A stretch of DNA of 64,000 nt. Origin: a virus. Under the pieces are notes generated by a model, which did no database searches, was not told where the DNA came from, and saw only the letters and a program-made list of their open reading frames with translations. Positions 9,218 through 19,537 of the stretch are shown one piece after another. The DNA lies in IMG/VR virus record IMGVR_UViG_3300044801_000206, positions 2,606-66,605 of that record. One strand, given 5' to 3'. Each line of letters opens with the position of its first letter. Within the stretch, counting starts at the first letter, position 1. A program made the translations under genes and the position numbers.

Positions 9218-12200
9218 TCATTGTGGCGGGATCTGAATCTTCGAGCCCGTCGCCGCCACCGGGGTTACCACTACTGGTGGAGGCTGAACAGTCGCCGGCC
9301 TGCCTCGCGGGCGCTTGATCGCTTCGCCGGCTGCCAATTGCTGCTCTGCCAGCTTGACGGCTTCGAGCTTGGCAGCCGTCAGGGTGGAGGTTTTGCGCAT
9401 CAGCTTATTGCCGATGTAAACCTGGAGGAATCGGCTGCCTTGTGCCTTACGAATGAATATGTTAGTCTCTCCACCATCCTTCGGAGTGACGATCCAGGCA
9501 CCTTCGCCTTTGTCGGCCACGGTGAACTGCGACTCTTCGGGAACCTTTGTGCGGCGCTGCACTGGCTTTGCCCCGGTATCGACAATTGGCAGATTAGCCG
9601 GCAATGGGGCAGGGGATTTAGCAGGAGCCGGTAGGCCTTCAGCCACCCTACGACGAGCTACGGCCTCGGAAATGATGCGTGTAATCGCATTCGTGTCAAG
9701 CGGCTGCCCGCCGGTGATGGCCGTTACTCCTTCAGCCAGCCGCTCTGGGATAGGCGAGCGCTCCTCCGGAGGCATAGCCTGCTCAGCCTGACTGCGCATG
9801 GTGGCGTTCAAGATGATGCGCTGCAACTCAGCCGTAGTCGGGGCGCCGCGGGTCGATCGCTCTAGATTGCGTACCGCTTCAACGATAGCATCGGAAGTCT
9901 GCGCCGCAGTAGGGGCTCCAGGTGGCGTAGCGGTGGCGATCCGGCTAGTATCAAACGGTGGCGCCCCAGCAGCCGATCGGGATATCCGTTGGCTCTGGCG
10001 GAGCGGCAACTCGCGCTGCTCTACATTGCCAAGATAGTCCAATAACGCCTTGTCCCCAGTCCCATGGCTGGTTTGTTTGGTACCGTCGCTATAACGCTTT
10101 GTGGCAACGAACTCCCCGCTGGTCCCGTTGCGGTGGATTTCAATTGTCCCATCTTGAACAGGCTTAGACCAGGATTCGCTGGCCTGTTGTCCGCTTGGGA
10201 GGATAGGCAATACCGTTTGATTGAGAACGTAATCCGGACCACTTTTAGTATTTACCCGCTGGAAAACTCTTTCTTTTCCTACGAATCCGGCTGCCTTGAT
10301 GCGTTGAACGGTCGGATCATCTGGCAGATCTTCTTCTGATGGATTCTCAAGCCCTGCCTCTTTGAGCGCTTCGTGGAATTGGGCGCTCAAGCTCACTGGG
10401 GTTGCCCTGCCCATCAGAGAGAAAGAGGGTGGTGCCTCTGGCGGCTGAACACCCGGCGGCATCGGCGGCAATTTCCCGCTTGGATTCTGTATGGCAGTCG
10501 GAGCGCCATGGTATTCCAACTCGCTGATCGGAATCGGCAATGGGTGTTGTAGCGGTCCCTGTATCCGTGGCTCCATCGCAGCGTTGGCTCGCCTTTCGAT
10601 TTCTTCCGGCAGCATGCCGGAGGACCGGACGGATTGTAGCCATTGTTCCCAACTTGCCGCGCCAAGAGGCGGGGGAATATCAGGCGGTGCCGGAGTGGCT
10701 GGGCCTTTGCCTGCATGCAGGGCATCCCACCGCAGAGGGGGTGGCTGCGACGGGGGCAAGGCCGCCGCAGCCGGAGGCGCCGTCTCCGGAGGCGTGAGCG
10801 CAGCGCCAATCGGGCGGGCCTGCGTAACCTGCTGCCAGATCGGCATCAGATGGGCTTCTACCCATGGCCCGAAAGTGTTTACCATCTCGTCTCGCCAACC
10901 CTGAAAGGTGTTCCCTGCCCGGTCAAAGGCGTCGCGACCAAGGTCATAAAGGTCGCGGAAGATCTCACTTGGCGGCTGTTCGCCGGGCTCAGTCGGCCGG
11001 CGCCAATCGTAATACTGTGTGCCTTCCGTGCCCTTACCGAGATTCGTAGCCCAGTTCTTGATGTTTTGAATCTTGGCGGCTCTCTGTTCGGCGGTCAGAG
11101 GGCCGGCGGGTGTGACTGATTCAGCGGCAAGTGGATCTGTCCGCCCGGCGGATACTGGTTCTGTTGGCGCAGCCGGAGGCGCCCCTGCCGGCTCATGCTT
11201 CATCACTTCGGCGGCGGCCAATTGATCGGCAGTCACTGTAGGCGGCGGAGCAGTATTCTGCGCGACCATGGCCTGCTGACGCACTTGAGGGACAGTGGCC
11301 TGCCCAATAGATTGCGGAGTAGGTGGCCCTACATCCACGGTCGGCACCTGCGCAGGTGGCGGCATTACTCGTAGTGCCGGAGTGCCGGCAGGGGTCGGTG
11401 GCGTAGCCAGATCAACAGTCGGTACCTGCGACGGCGCAGCCGTAGGCACAACTTGCGGAGTTGGCCTGACGACTTTGGACGGCAAACCGGCAGCACGGGT
11501 TTGCGCAGCGCGAGCATTGTGTTCCGATACGGATAGCGCTGGCGCAGCCGGTGGGGCAGCAGTCGCAGCAGTCGCGGCAGTCGCGGCAGGCAGGATCTCG
11601 CGAGATGAATTGATAAACCCATGCTTTTTTAACTGTCCCAGTATCCGATTGGCATCAGCATCGCTCAATGTCTGATCCATGGACGCAGCAATGAGTTGAA
11701 TCCGCTTGGCGTCTGCCAGCTTCTTTGAGCCAGCAGCGGCCTCTTTCCGAAATTCTTCCCCAACATCAGAGACAACCTTTGGAGGCTTAGCCGGCTCTAG
11801 AGTGGACGGCGGACTTGAAGGTGGCTGAGGTGGCGTAGGCGGAGCGGCAGCCTCCGATGGCGCTGGCGCAGTTTCTGGTATGGCAGCCGCCGGTTCCGGC
11901 GGCGGGGCCGTGCGCGCCTCTGTAGGGACGGCTCTGCCTTTTGCTGCGTGTCGGCCTGCCATGCCAGCCATGCCAACACCAAGCGTCATTTGGGTAAGCG
12001 TCTGTCTGACTGTAGGCCAGTCCTGTTTATCCCACGCTTCGCGCAAAGCCGGGATCTGTTGGTAGGCATCCCTCAACATCTTGGCTGAGAACCCAGCCGA
12101 TACCAGCCGGCTCACCAAGCCCTTACCAAGCTGCCCTTCCAGCGAACCCAGCCCACCAGTCCCGGCCATCAACAGCAGGTTCTCCGGTGTGGTCAACCCA

Positions 12201-12652
12201 CTGGCGAATTGCAAGGCTCCGCGTACAGCACCCGGTCCTACGTCCGGGGCAGCGGATTCCATTCGCAGCACAGGGTTGCTTGGATCTTGCTCTAGCGAAG
12301 GCACTGTTTCCGAACTGACATGGAATGCCCGCCCAAAGGCGCCTTCTCGGAGTGGCGCTGCAATCCGTTCAAGTACGCTCGGATGATACGCCCCCATAGT
12401 AACGCCACCGGGCGCTGGGGTTGGAGCCGTCTCTGGCACCAGCCGGAATGCCTTCAGGAAACTATCACCGTGCTTGCCCTTCGTCACCTCGTCCCACAAT
12501 TGCCGGTCACTGATACCATTAGGGTTTTTGGCATAGATATCGTCAAGGTCCTCATGGTAGGCAGCATGTGATGGGTTGTTATCAGCGGCTTTCTCATACC
12601 ACTTGTCCGCGAATTCTTTGACTGTGATTGGAGATTGCTGGCCTTGTGGCAT
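9218..12652 (-). CDS. Large Pro/Ala-rich putative internal virion (ejection) protein
   Basis: 1144 aa, low complexity, follows the other ejection-type genes. Confidence 0.6.
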   Translation of the reverse strand: MPQGQQSPITVKEFADKWYEKAADNNPSHAAYHEDLDDIYAKNPNGISDRQLWDEVTKGKHGDSFLKAFRLVPETAPTPAPGGVTMGAYHPSVLERIAAPLREGAFGRAFHVSSETVPSLEQDPSNPVLRMESAAPDVGPGAVRGALQFASGLTTPENLLLMAGTGGLGSLEGQLGKGLVSRLVSAGFSAKMLRDAYQQIPALREAWDKQDWPTVRQTLTQMTLGVGMAGMAGRHAAKGRAVPTEARTAPPPEPAAAIPETAPAPSEAAAPPTPPQPPSSPPSTLEPAKPPKVVSDVGEEFRKEAAAGSKKLADAKRIQLIAASMDQTLSDADANRILGQLKKHGFINSSREILPAATAATAATAAPPAAPALSVSEHNARAAQTRAAGLPSKVVRPTPQVVPTAAPSQVPTVDLATPPTPAGTPALRVMPPPAQVPTVDVGPPTPQSIGQATVPQVRQQAMVAQNTAPPPTVTADQLAAAEVMKHEPAGAPPAAPTEPVSAGRTDPLAAESVTPAGPLTAEQRAAKIQNIKNWATNLGKGTEGTQYYDWRRPTEPGEQPPSEIFRDLYDLGRDAFDRAGNTFQGWRDEMVNTFGPWVEAHLMPIWQQVTQARPIGAALTPPETAPPAAAALPPSQPPPLRWDALHAGKGPATPAPPDIPPPLGAASWEQWLQSVRSSGMLPEEIERRANAAMEPRIQGPLQHPLPIPISELEYHGAPTAIQNPSGKLPPMPPGVQPPEAPPSFSLMGRATPVSLSAQFHEALKEAGLENPSEEDLPDDPTVQRIKAAGFVGKERVFQRVNTKSGPDYVLNQTVLPILPSGQQASESWSKPVQDGTIEIHRNGTSGEFVATKRYSDGTKQTSHGTGDKALLDYLGNVEQRELPLRQSQRISRSAAGAPPFDTSRIATATPPGAPTAAQTSDAIVEAVRNLERSTRGAPTTAELQRIILNATMRSQAEQAMPPEERSPIPERLAEGVTAITGGQPLDTNAITRIISEAVARRRVAEGLPAPAKSPAPLPANLPIVDTGAKPVQRRTKVPEESQFTVADKGEGAWIVTPKDGGETNIFIRKAQGSRFLQVYIGNKLMRKTSTLTAAKLEAVKLAEQQLAAGEAIKRPRGRPATVQPPPVVVTPVAATGSKIQIPPQ

Positions 12653-15600
12653 TATTTCTTTACCCCGTAGATCTTGTCCATCGCGTCGCCTAGCGGATCC
12701 GGCGGCTTCGCCAATTCGTGCGGCACTCCGTAAATCCTATCCATCACATCACCGATTGGGTCTTGTGATGGCGGTGTCCGCCCGGCGGACATTCGCTCGT
12801 AAGTGTCCACTGTTTGCTTCGCCAACTCAACGCTTAAATCTCCAATGTCGGCGAACCTCTGCAATAGCCGAACGCGGCTGGGACCGTCAGGTAGATAATT
12901 AAGTGCATCCGCCAGCACTGCGGCCTTGGCCTCTGTTGATAACGAGTGGATATATTTCTCGTAGGATGTACGCCCCTTGACCCCCACACGCATCTCGCTA
13001 TAGAGTTTCTCAAATGTTGGGTAGTCTAATTTCCCGGCGGAGACTTGGCTTTGTAGAAACTCAAAACGCTTTTCGGCCGGGGCCTCCATCATATCGAGGT
13101 AAATCTGTTCGGATGTGCGATCACGTTCCAAATTCACGTCTGCGGCGGCCTGCGCTATAGGCCTTGCTTCTTGAATCCTCCGTTGGTCTTCTCCTCCACC
13201 TCGCGCTCCCATGAGAACGCGCTTTACTGGTCCCCAGGCAGTTCGTTCTGCCACTTCATCCTTGCCACGCGGGACATCTCCAGCGATCAGCCTCCCTGCT
13301 CCTCCCAATGTCGTCTCCATGAAATTCTGCGCCATGACTGGGCTGACGTGCAGAAAACTCGGTAATGCCTGAGTTCCCTTGACGACCCAACGCGGAGTGT
13401 CGCTCGTGTAGCGTTTCTTTGGAGAACCCTTTAATTGTTCTTCGGTCGCAATCTGGCGCCCTGTGAACATATTGCGATTGGCGATCGGCTCAATAATTCC
13501 ACCCTTGAGAATCGGTGGCAGAGACTCGGTTAGTGCCGGCCAAGAGAAACTGCCGCGGTCGGCAAACCTGACTGGGCTAGCATCACTGGTGCGGTCCATC
13601 AGAACGCCTTCGGCGAAATCCCTGAAGCTCTGCGGGTTTGTGCTGCGGTGCCACTCCAAGAAATCCTCAATGGGATTCCAAAAAAAGCGCCCAACGTTTT
13701 CTTTGGGGATTTTGAATACCTTCGTGTAGTTCCCATCTTTATCTTTATCGTCCCCAAGGATCACTAAGAAGTTGTTGTCTTTCTCGCGCTGCGAGATGTC
13801 TTGCCACACCTGCGGGTACTGAGTTGTATTGTGGACATAACTAAAGAGCCCTGGCAAGCCAACTATCGCAGTGAGGGCTAGAGCCGATTTCACTGGATAG
13901 TTCTTGACAGCGCCGGATACTGTGAGCGCTCCTTGTAGCCGGGTATTGATGAAGGGCACCCACATATTTACCTCCTTCATCTTGGCACCCATGCGGCTGT
14001 AATCTACTCCAGCATCGCGCGTCATCATGCCGGCGGTTTCCAATGGCACCCCAGCTTCCAATGCTTTCTGAAGATATCCTACGCGCGGGGCCAACTCGAC
14101 GGTTTGTGCGGCAATCCGCATAGCCTCCCACGGCATCAGGTTGCGAACGACTCGTTGCCATTGTGGTTCGATCACGCGAGCCATAGTCTTCGGGATATTC
14201 GCCTGCCGCTCAAAGAATCCAGAGAATCCAGCCCCGCTCTGCATGTAGGCGTCGTAGTAAGGGCCGCCTGTGACCGTCTGAGAAAATCCTTTCAACCAAT
14301 CCCAAGGGGTGAAGGGAGTGGCTCCATACGGCGCTAATTCCGCAGCTCGCAATGTCGCTGCCTGATAAGATCTAAGTGTGTTTCCGATAAGGAACGGCGG
14401 GTTGAACCGCGTGCTTCCCAAAACCATAGATCGACTGGTTTGCTTGACCCAACTACTCAACTTGTCTATATCTGAAACATTCAACCCTGAGACGGAATCC
14501 GCCAATGGCTTTGGGACAGCGTATGCTGTTTTTGTCCCATCTACAAAGGCGGTCACAAGTCCTTCTCCGGGCTCAGGCTTCTCGTTCTTGCCTAACGGCC
14601 GGATGACATCTTTTAATACAGGGTCATCTATATACGAAGCTAGGCGGAGTGTCACCTTATTCTTCTCGGCCAAAGTGATCATCTTAACGGCATTGCGGAG
14701 AAATCCCTCTGTTGGAGGCAATACCTCTTTCGTGCTGCCTTCGCGTCCATATACCACTGATTGCTTGCCAACATTGAAGCTCCTACCGCCAACTGGGAGC
14801 TTGTCGGCGTCTTCTGGGAAAAATGCTAGGCGCTGCAACGGAGCGTAGAGTTGTCTGCCCTTATCCATCGCCGCTAAGGCCTCATCACTAATCAAGCCCG
14901 CATCGTGGTATATCTGCAAGAAATTGCGGCCATACATCCGCATCTGTCGCGCTGCCAGGTCTACCTGCGCCATTTTTTCTGGTCCTAATTGTGCCCGTTG
15001 AGCAGCCAATTCTGCATCAACCTGTTCTGCCGTTAAACCTCCAGGTGCCTTATAATTTGGCTTGTTCGCGAAGTCTTCTTTGACCGTCTCCAGCATCAAG
15101 GCTTTGTCGAGTTCCGGTTTGAGGCCTTTTTTGGCTATTGGGTATAAAATCCTCCGTGCATCACCCATTGCGGACGCTATTTTGACGGAGTGAGCGGCGA
15201 ACTGGCGCGCTGCGGTGTACGCCTTATCCTCCTTTGGAGTCGCTGCCATCTTTTCAAAGTCGCGGATTGGGCTAAACTGATCGATCCAATCTGTTTCCAC
15301 AGATTTCAAGTTAAGCGGAGGCAACCGCAGGGAGCCCGCTTCAGGGGATAGCGCTGGCATCCCATCAGGAGCTTGCGGCGGTGGCGCAGTTTTCCGCGAA
15401 GCTGCGATCACCAGATCCGGCACTGCCCTGTTGAAGGTACTCGCAGCATGCGCTGTAGCAGCGGCCGCGAACACCCCGTCTACAACTGCCCGGCCGCCGC
15501 TCTTGAACATCGTGTAGTAGTCGCCACGATTATAGGCATCTAACATTTCAGGGGCTTGTTGAATGGCGGCTTTCCCGGCTTGACTGCCAAAATAAGCGGA

Positions 15601-16077
15601 TGCCCCAGCCTGAATTGCCCTTGCCGCCGTCTTGACTGCCACGTTAGAAGCGGCCTCCTCGACAGAAGAGACCCCGCCGGTGAGTGCCGCAAGTCCCACA
15701 TTCATCGGACTCGCCAGTCCCATCGCTGCGTCGATAGCCGTCCGGTGGAACCAGTCAAATGGGCCAACAAGGAATGTCCCTAATTCATCCCCGATTTCCT
15801 TGGTTGGCAAGAGCGGCTTAGTGAATGTCTGTGCAACGCTTTCTGGTGGAGGCGGGGTTAGGTCTACCTTGCGAGGCGGCATCGGGCCAACGAATCCTTG
15901 AGGACGCTGTACCGGTGGGCCTGTGTAGATTTGCGTGCCAGGTGTGCGGCTGTAGATATCCATCATCGGAACGAATGATGATTTGGGCTCCTCCGCAAGG
16001 ATATGAGGGACAGGCTGCCTCGGCCCTACAAAGCGATTTGGAGGGTTGGGCGGCGCGGATGTTTGAGGGTCCGGCAT
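12652..16077 (-). CDS. Internal virion protein with LPD38-like C-terminal region
   Basis: VDYSRMG..PFINTRLQG..KDNNFLV..FKIPK..EPIANRNMFTGRQI pattern resembles large polyvalent protein domain 38. Confidence 0.7.
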   Translation of the reverse strand: MPDPQTSAPPNPPNRFVGPRQPVPHILAEEPKSSFVPMMDIYSRTPGTQIYTGPPVQRPQGFVGPMPPRKVDLTPPPPESVAQTFTKPLLPTKEIGDELGTFLVGPFDWFHRTAIDAAMGLASPMNVGLAALTGGVSSVEEAASNVAVKTAARAIQAGASAYFGSQAGKAAIQQAPEMLDAYNRGDYYTMFKSGGRAVVDGVFAAAATAHAASTFNRAVPDLVIAASRKTAPPPQAPDGMPALSPEAGSLRLPPLNLKSVETDWIDQFSPIRDFEKMAATPKEDKAYTAARQFAAHSVKIASAMGDARRILYPIAKKGLKPELDKALMLETVKEDFANKPNYKAPGGLTAEQVDAELAAQRAQLGPEKMAQVDLAARQMRMYGRNFLQIYHDAGLISDEALAAMDKGRQLYAPLQRLAFFPEDADKLPVGGRSFNVGKQSVVYGREGSTKEVLPPTEGFLRNAVKMITLAEKNKVTLRLASYIDDPVLKDVIRPLGKNEKPEPGEGLVTAFVDGTKTAYAVPKPLADSVSGLNVSDIDKLSSWVKQTSRSMVLGSTRFNPPFLIGNTLRSYQAATLRAAELAPYGATPFTPWDWLKGFSQTVTGGPYYDAYMQSGAGFSGFFERQANIPKTMARVIEPQWQRVVRNLMPWEAMRIAAQTVELAPRVGYLQKALEAGVPLETAGMMTRDAGVDYSRMGAKMKEVNMWVPFINTRLQGALTVSGAVKNYPVKSALALTAIVGLPGLFSYVHNTTQYPQVWQDISQREKDNNFLVILGDDKDKDGNYTKVFKIPKENVGRFFWNPIEDFLEWHRSTNPQSFRDFAEGVLMDRTSDASPVRFADRGSFSWPALTESLPPILKGGIIEPIANRNMFTGRQIATEEQLKGSPKKRYTSDTPRWVVKGTQALPSFLHVSPVMAQNFMETTLGGAGRLIAGDVPRGKDEVAERTAWGPVKRVLMGARGGGEDQRRIQEARPIAQAAADVNLERDRTSEQIYLDMMEAPAEKRFEFLQSQVSAGKLDYPTFEKLYSEMRVGVKGRTSYEKYIHSLSTEAKAAVLADALNYLPDGPSRVRLLQRFADIGDLSVELAKQTVDTYERMSAGRTPPSQDPIGDVMDRIYGVPHELAKPPDPLGDAMDKIYGVKK
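12775..12791. repeat. 17-bp palindrome TGTCCGCC(C/G)GGCGGACA (representative copy)
   Basis: Perfect copies start at 12775, 16944, 21211, 41924, 46902, 54762 and 56825. Copies with 1-2 mismatches start at 11138, 61481 and 63209. Confidence 0.9.
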
Positions 16078-16086
16078 GTGTGCCCT

Positions 16087-17859
16087 CTACTGATTGTTCG
16101 GCCGGTTTTTTCGCAGGTTTGTCACTTTCTGCGCCGGTGTCAGAGCAGGCGGCGATCCAGTCTCCTTCTTTGGCGGAGCAGCCGTTCTTTTCTTGGCTGG
16201 TGCCACAGAAGGCGCAATAGTAGCTGAAGCGGCCGGCCCTTGACCGCTGGGTTTAGGAATCAGCCTATTGAACTCGTCCTTTAGAAGATCTTTAGAGGCT
16301 GCCTCGTGTAGCCCTTTTTTCGCGAGGGAGCGTACTCCATCAGGCACTCCTTCCTTCCTGTCAATGTAGTCGCTCTGCCTTTCTATGTCCCCCGGATATA
16401 CCCGCTCAGCCTCACCCGCCAAGTCCTCGGCTGCTCGGTCACGCGCATCTTTTTCCGCCACGGCTGCCGTCTGCCGCGGCAGCGGTACAGGCTGGCCAAC
16501 TGCTTGGCTGCTCGGCACGCGAATAACTGATCCATTGGGGCCGGCAACTTCGTCCAAGCCAATCACTCCATACAGAGGTTGGCCATCCTTAGTAACCGGC
16601 TCTGGCACACCGGTTCTGCGGTTGACACGGAAGATTTGTCTGGGACCACTTGGGGTCAAGGATGCTGACACAAAGGCTTCCTGCGCTACGGCCGGCATTT
16701 TTAACTGATCATGAGGCACAAATCCTTGTTCTTGTGCTGGGATTGGCTGCATTGTGCTTTCTTCTAGCCATTGGCCGCTAACCGGGTCTCTGATCACGTT
16801 AGCGTGCCACTGCTCAAGATTGGCCGGATTATAAACTGTTGTTGCCTCCCCAATCTTGTAACCCATACGAGTAAGCAGTTGGCGATCAACCGGGTTCCGT
16901 AAATCCATCGTGGGCGGAGCGGCCGTAACTGGCGGCGCTCCTGTGTCCGCCGGGCGGACAGCCGCAGAAGGCGGCGGTGCAGTGGCCGGCATCCCTTGTG
17001 TGAGCGACTGTTGGCCACCCATTGATGGAAGCGCTGGCGGGTTGACGGCAGGTTGCGCGCCTTGTGGTGGCGCCGGTGGAGCGGCAGTGCTGCCTCCCAA
17101 TTGCTGTAACCGCTGCATCTCCATACGCTGCAACGCCTCTTGTACTGGGTCCGTAGGAGCTATCCCGCCAGCGCTTGCGATCCATTGGCCGGCTCCGTCT
17201 TGGCCAAGATGAGACTGGAGATCCATCGACTGAGCAATCTGGGCGGCGGCTCTCTGAACTTGTGGGGCGCTTGCGCTTGGTCCCATGGACGCTGTAGCAG
17301 CAGCCAACTGTTTATTCGCCTCTCCCCGCCAGTAGGACTTCAAATTCTGCGGGGCAGTCGATGCGTCAGCCATGTGGGCAATCGCTCCCGTCTCTGATTG
17401 GAAGTCAATCGGCTGGCGTACTTTGATGGGGCCGCCCGTGGCGTGAATAAGCAGATTCTTAAAGAACCCCCCAATTCCATCCTTCGGCACATCACGCACC
17501 TCGTACTGCGCGTGTTGAGCCATCACGCTCTGCGCTTGCTGGTAGATCTGCTGTTTGGCCGCATCCGTCAATTCCGGGTTCTGCAACATCATGCTTACCT
17601 GATTGCGGTAGGCATTCATTTGTGACTCGGTATTTTGATCTTCCTGCGCGGCCTGTGCTAAACGGTTCTGCCGCACGCCGCGGAGGAACCCCAAGGCGAT
17701 GTCGGCGCCGGCCACTGCGTGCGGATGCGCCTCCCACCCGGTAGCCTGCGGCATCTCAGGGATCTGCTGTTGTTGTTGAATCGGATTGAGATAGGCGGAA
17801 AATGGGCCTTTAGATTGAGCCCCGGCAATCTCTCCAAAGGTATCGGCTGCTGACGGCAT
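16087..17859 (-). CDS. Putative internal virion/ejection protein
   Basis: Gln/Ala/Pro-rich, within the ejection gene cluster. Confidence 0.6.
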   Translation of the reverse strand: MPSAADTFGEIAGAQSKGPFSAYLNPIQQQQQIPEMPQATGWEAHPHAVAGADIALGFLRGVRQNRLAQAAQEDQNTESQMNAYRNQVSMMLQNPELTDAAKQQIYQQAQSVMAQHAQYEVRDVPKDGIGGFFKNLLIHATGGPIKVRQPIDFQSETGAIAHMADASTAPQNLKSYWRGEANKQLAAATASMGPSASAPQVQRAAAQIAQSMDLQSHLGQDGAGQWIASAGGIAPTDPVQEALQRMEMQRLQQLGGSTAAPPAPPQGAQPAVNPPALPSMGGQQSLTQGMPATAPPPSAAVRPADTGAPPVTAAPPTMDLRNPVDRQLLTRMGYKIGEATTVYNPANLEQWHANVIRDPVSGQWLEESTMQPIPAQEQGFVPHDQLKMPAVAQEAFVSASLTPSGPRQIFRVNRRTGVPEPVTKDGQPLYGVIGLDEVAGPNGSVIRVPSSQAVGQPVPLPRQTAAVAEKDARDRAAEDLAGEAERVYPGDIERQSDYIDRKEGVPDGVRSLAKKGLHEAASKDLLKDEFNRLIPKPSGQGPAASATIAPSVAPAKKRTAAPPKKETGSPPALTPAQKVTNLRKNRPNNQ

Positions 17860-17932
17860 ACGCAGTTATCCTCTGCTTAAGGATAGCCTAACGTTGCAGA
17901 TTATTGAATGTAAACGTATTGGCGGTTTAATT

Positions 17933-18586
17933 CTATTGGTTCGTGCCCCCAGGGAACCAAACTGGATTTCGATTTTGGCTGGGTAAGTTCTCTAGTTGGC
18001 TAAAGCTGACGCTATTGGGGGTGGCGGCGGATCCAAATAACCCGCCAGTGGCAAGGTTGCCGGCTGTCCCTGCGAGGCTTGAGAAGAAGTTAAGCATGCT
18101 CTGCTGCTGCTGTTGAGCCAGCTGACCGGCCGCTATATTTGTTTGAGAACCACCTGATAAACCAGAGAGTTGCGCCCCAAGTTCTTGCAGGCTCATCCCG
18201 CCAAGCCCTTGGCCAAGGGCCGCAAGCTGTGCTGGCGCCTGTTGAACCATATTGGCCTGCGCTGTAGCGATCCCGCCGGCCGACTGAGTTTGCAGATTCG
18301 CAAGCGCAGTATCACGAGCCGCACCCGGCGGCAAAGTGTTCATAATCTGCTGCTTAGATGCATTAAACCCACCGGAGATCTGAGAGATCACCGGCATGGC
18401 CGCAGACAAAGCCTGCTGGCGGTTGCCTGAAGCTAAAGAAGTTAGCTGAGAAGTAAGCGGGGCAATGTCCTGTTGGAACTGATTGTATAATTGAGATTGC
18501 TGCTGCCCAGCCTGAGAGGCTACGCCTAACTGCTGCCCGGAAATCGAATTTGCATTACTGATGTTTTGGCTAGGCCCCGGTCCCAT
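17933..18586 (-). CDS. Putative DNA ejection protein (Gln/Gly/Ala-rich)
   Basis: Composition and position after a GNAT gene, as in many podophages. Confidence 0.55.
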   Translation of the reverse strand: MGPGPSQNISNANSISGQQLGVASQAGQQQSQLYNQFQQDIAPLTSQLTSLASGNRQQALSAAMPVISQISGGFNASKQQIMNTLPPGAARDTALANLQTQSAGGIATAQANMVQQAPAQLAALGQGLGGMSLQELGAQLSGLSGGSQTNIAAGQLAQQQQQSMLNFFSSLAGTAGNLATGGLFGSAATPNSVSFSQLENLPSQNRNPVWFPGGTNQ

Positions 18587-18588
18587 AG

Positions 18589-19143
18589 CTATACCGCCTC
18601 TCCCTGAAAGGTATTAAACTGCCAAGTCTTTTTATCCAGCGTGGTTACAACGCAGTCTGCCGGCACATCTTCACCCCACGGCAGACAATCGGTGAGTTTC
18701 ATCCCACAGTACTGTGTGATCAGCCTGGCGGCACGGTTCTCGCTGGCGCTCACCCCGTAGATGGCGGCAAAGCCGCGCTCTGTAAAGGCGTGCTCCAGGA
18801 ACAGATCAAGTGCGCGGTGCCATACCGATTCCGGCGTGCCGGCGAAGAAGGCGGCGCCCACTTCCGCGAGTACTGCATGCCCAACCTGTCGGGCTTGGCA
18901 GATCCACCCAATCCCCACCAATTTGTCCCCTACGTAGCACCCGACCGGCTCTGAAGTCGGCCGGTAATTCCAGCTCAGGAATTCGAGCATGGTCATGCCC
19001 GGCGTTCTGTAAAAGATTGATCCAAATAGGCCTTGACCCTTCCAGATGCAGTATGCAGCCATCAGCGCGGGGTATTCCATGCCAAGTTGCAGGCGGACCG
19101 CATCGACCGGTCGGACAGTCTCAGGTAGGGTTGGGCAAGACAT
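18589..19143 (-). CDS. GNAT-fold acetyltransferase-like protein
   Basis: DKLVGIGW..AEVG..FTERGFAAIYGVSASENRAARL..YCGM follows a RimJ-like pattern. Confidence 0.65.
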   Translation of the reverse strand: MSCPTLPETVRPVDAVRLQLGMEYPALMAAYCIWKGQGLFGSIFYRTPGMTMLEFLSWNYRPTSEPVGCYVGDKLVGIGWICQARQVGHAVLAEVGAAFFAGTPESVWHRALDLFLEHAFTERGFAAIYGVSASENRAARLITQYCGMKLTDCLPWGEDVPADCVVTTLDKKTWQFNTFQGEAV

Positions 19144-19197
19144 TCCACCCCAAGGATGGCACGGTTCGCCCTTGCATGTGAATGTTTACTATTTGGA

Positions 19198-19232
19198 ATG
19201 CTCTAAGCATGGTAGTCAACTATATAATTCCC
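19198..19232. promoter_or_regulatory. 35-bp intergenic repeat, copy 2; TATAAT lies 8 nt before the orphan omegaRNA
   Basis: 34/35 identical to 9147-9181. Confidence 0.6.
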
Positions 19233-19236
19233 TACT

Positions 19237-19354
19237 ATGTATCGGCCCTCGTAATTCTTTCCAGAGCCCGGTGCGGGCTTTCAGGAGCCAACGTAGAGGA
19301 TGTCGTCTCATGCGTTTCCTGAGAAGCCGTCGCGTTCACGCGACGGTAGTTCAC
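19237..19354 (+). ncRNA. Orphan omegaRNA scaffold of element C TnpB, followed by new guide TTCCTGACCAACTTGTCGCC
   Basis: 118-bp exact copy of 31753-31870 ending at TCAC. No tnpB or left end adjacent. RNA function is inferred. Confidence 0.75.
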
Positions 19355-19521
19355 TTCCTGACCAACTTGTCGCCTTCTAAGGACCATTGCCCGTCCGGCA
19401 GTTTCCGGTACCGCAGGATGGTCCGCAGGATCAGATTCAACTGCAATTGCAGTTCATCGGCCTGGAGTTTGATCGTCTCCAGCATGCCCTTTTCGTCAGC
19501 GGTTAGGACGTATTCGTTCAT
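19351..19521 (-). CDS. Small hypothetical protein (56 aa, MNEYVLTADEK...LVRK)
   Basis: GGTGGAG RBS. The stop TGA is supplied by the inserted IS end. Confidence 0.6.
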   Translation of the reverse strand: MNEYVLTADEKGMLETIKLQADELQLQLNLILRTILRYRKLPDGQWSLEGDKLVRK

Positions 19522-19537
19522 GCTCCACCTTTTGCTT

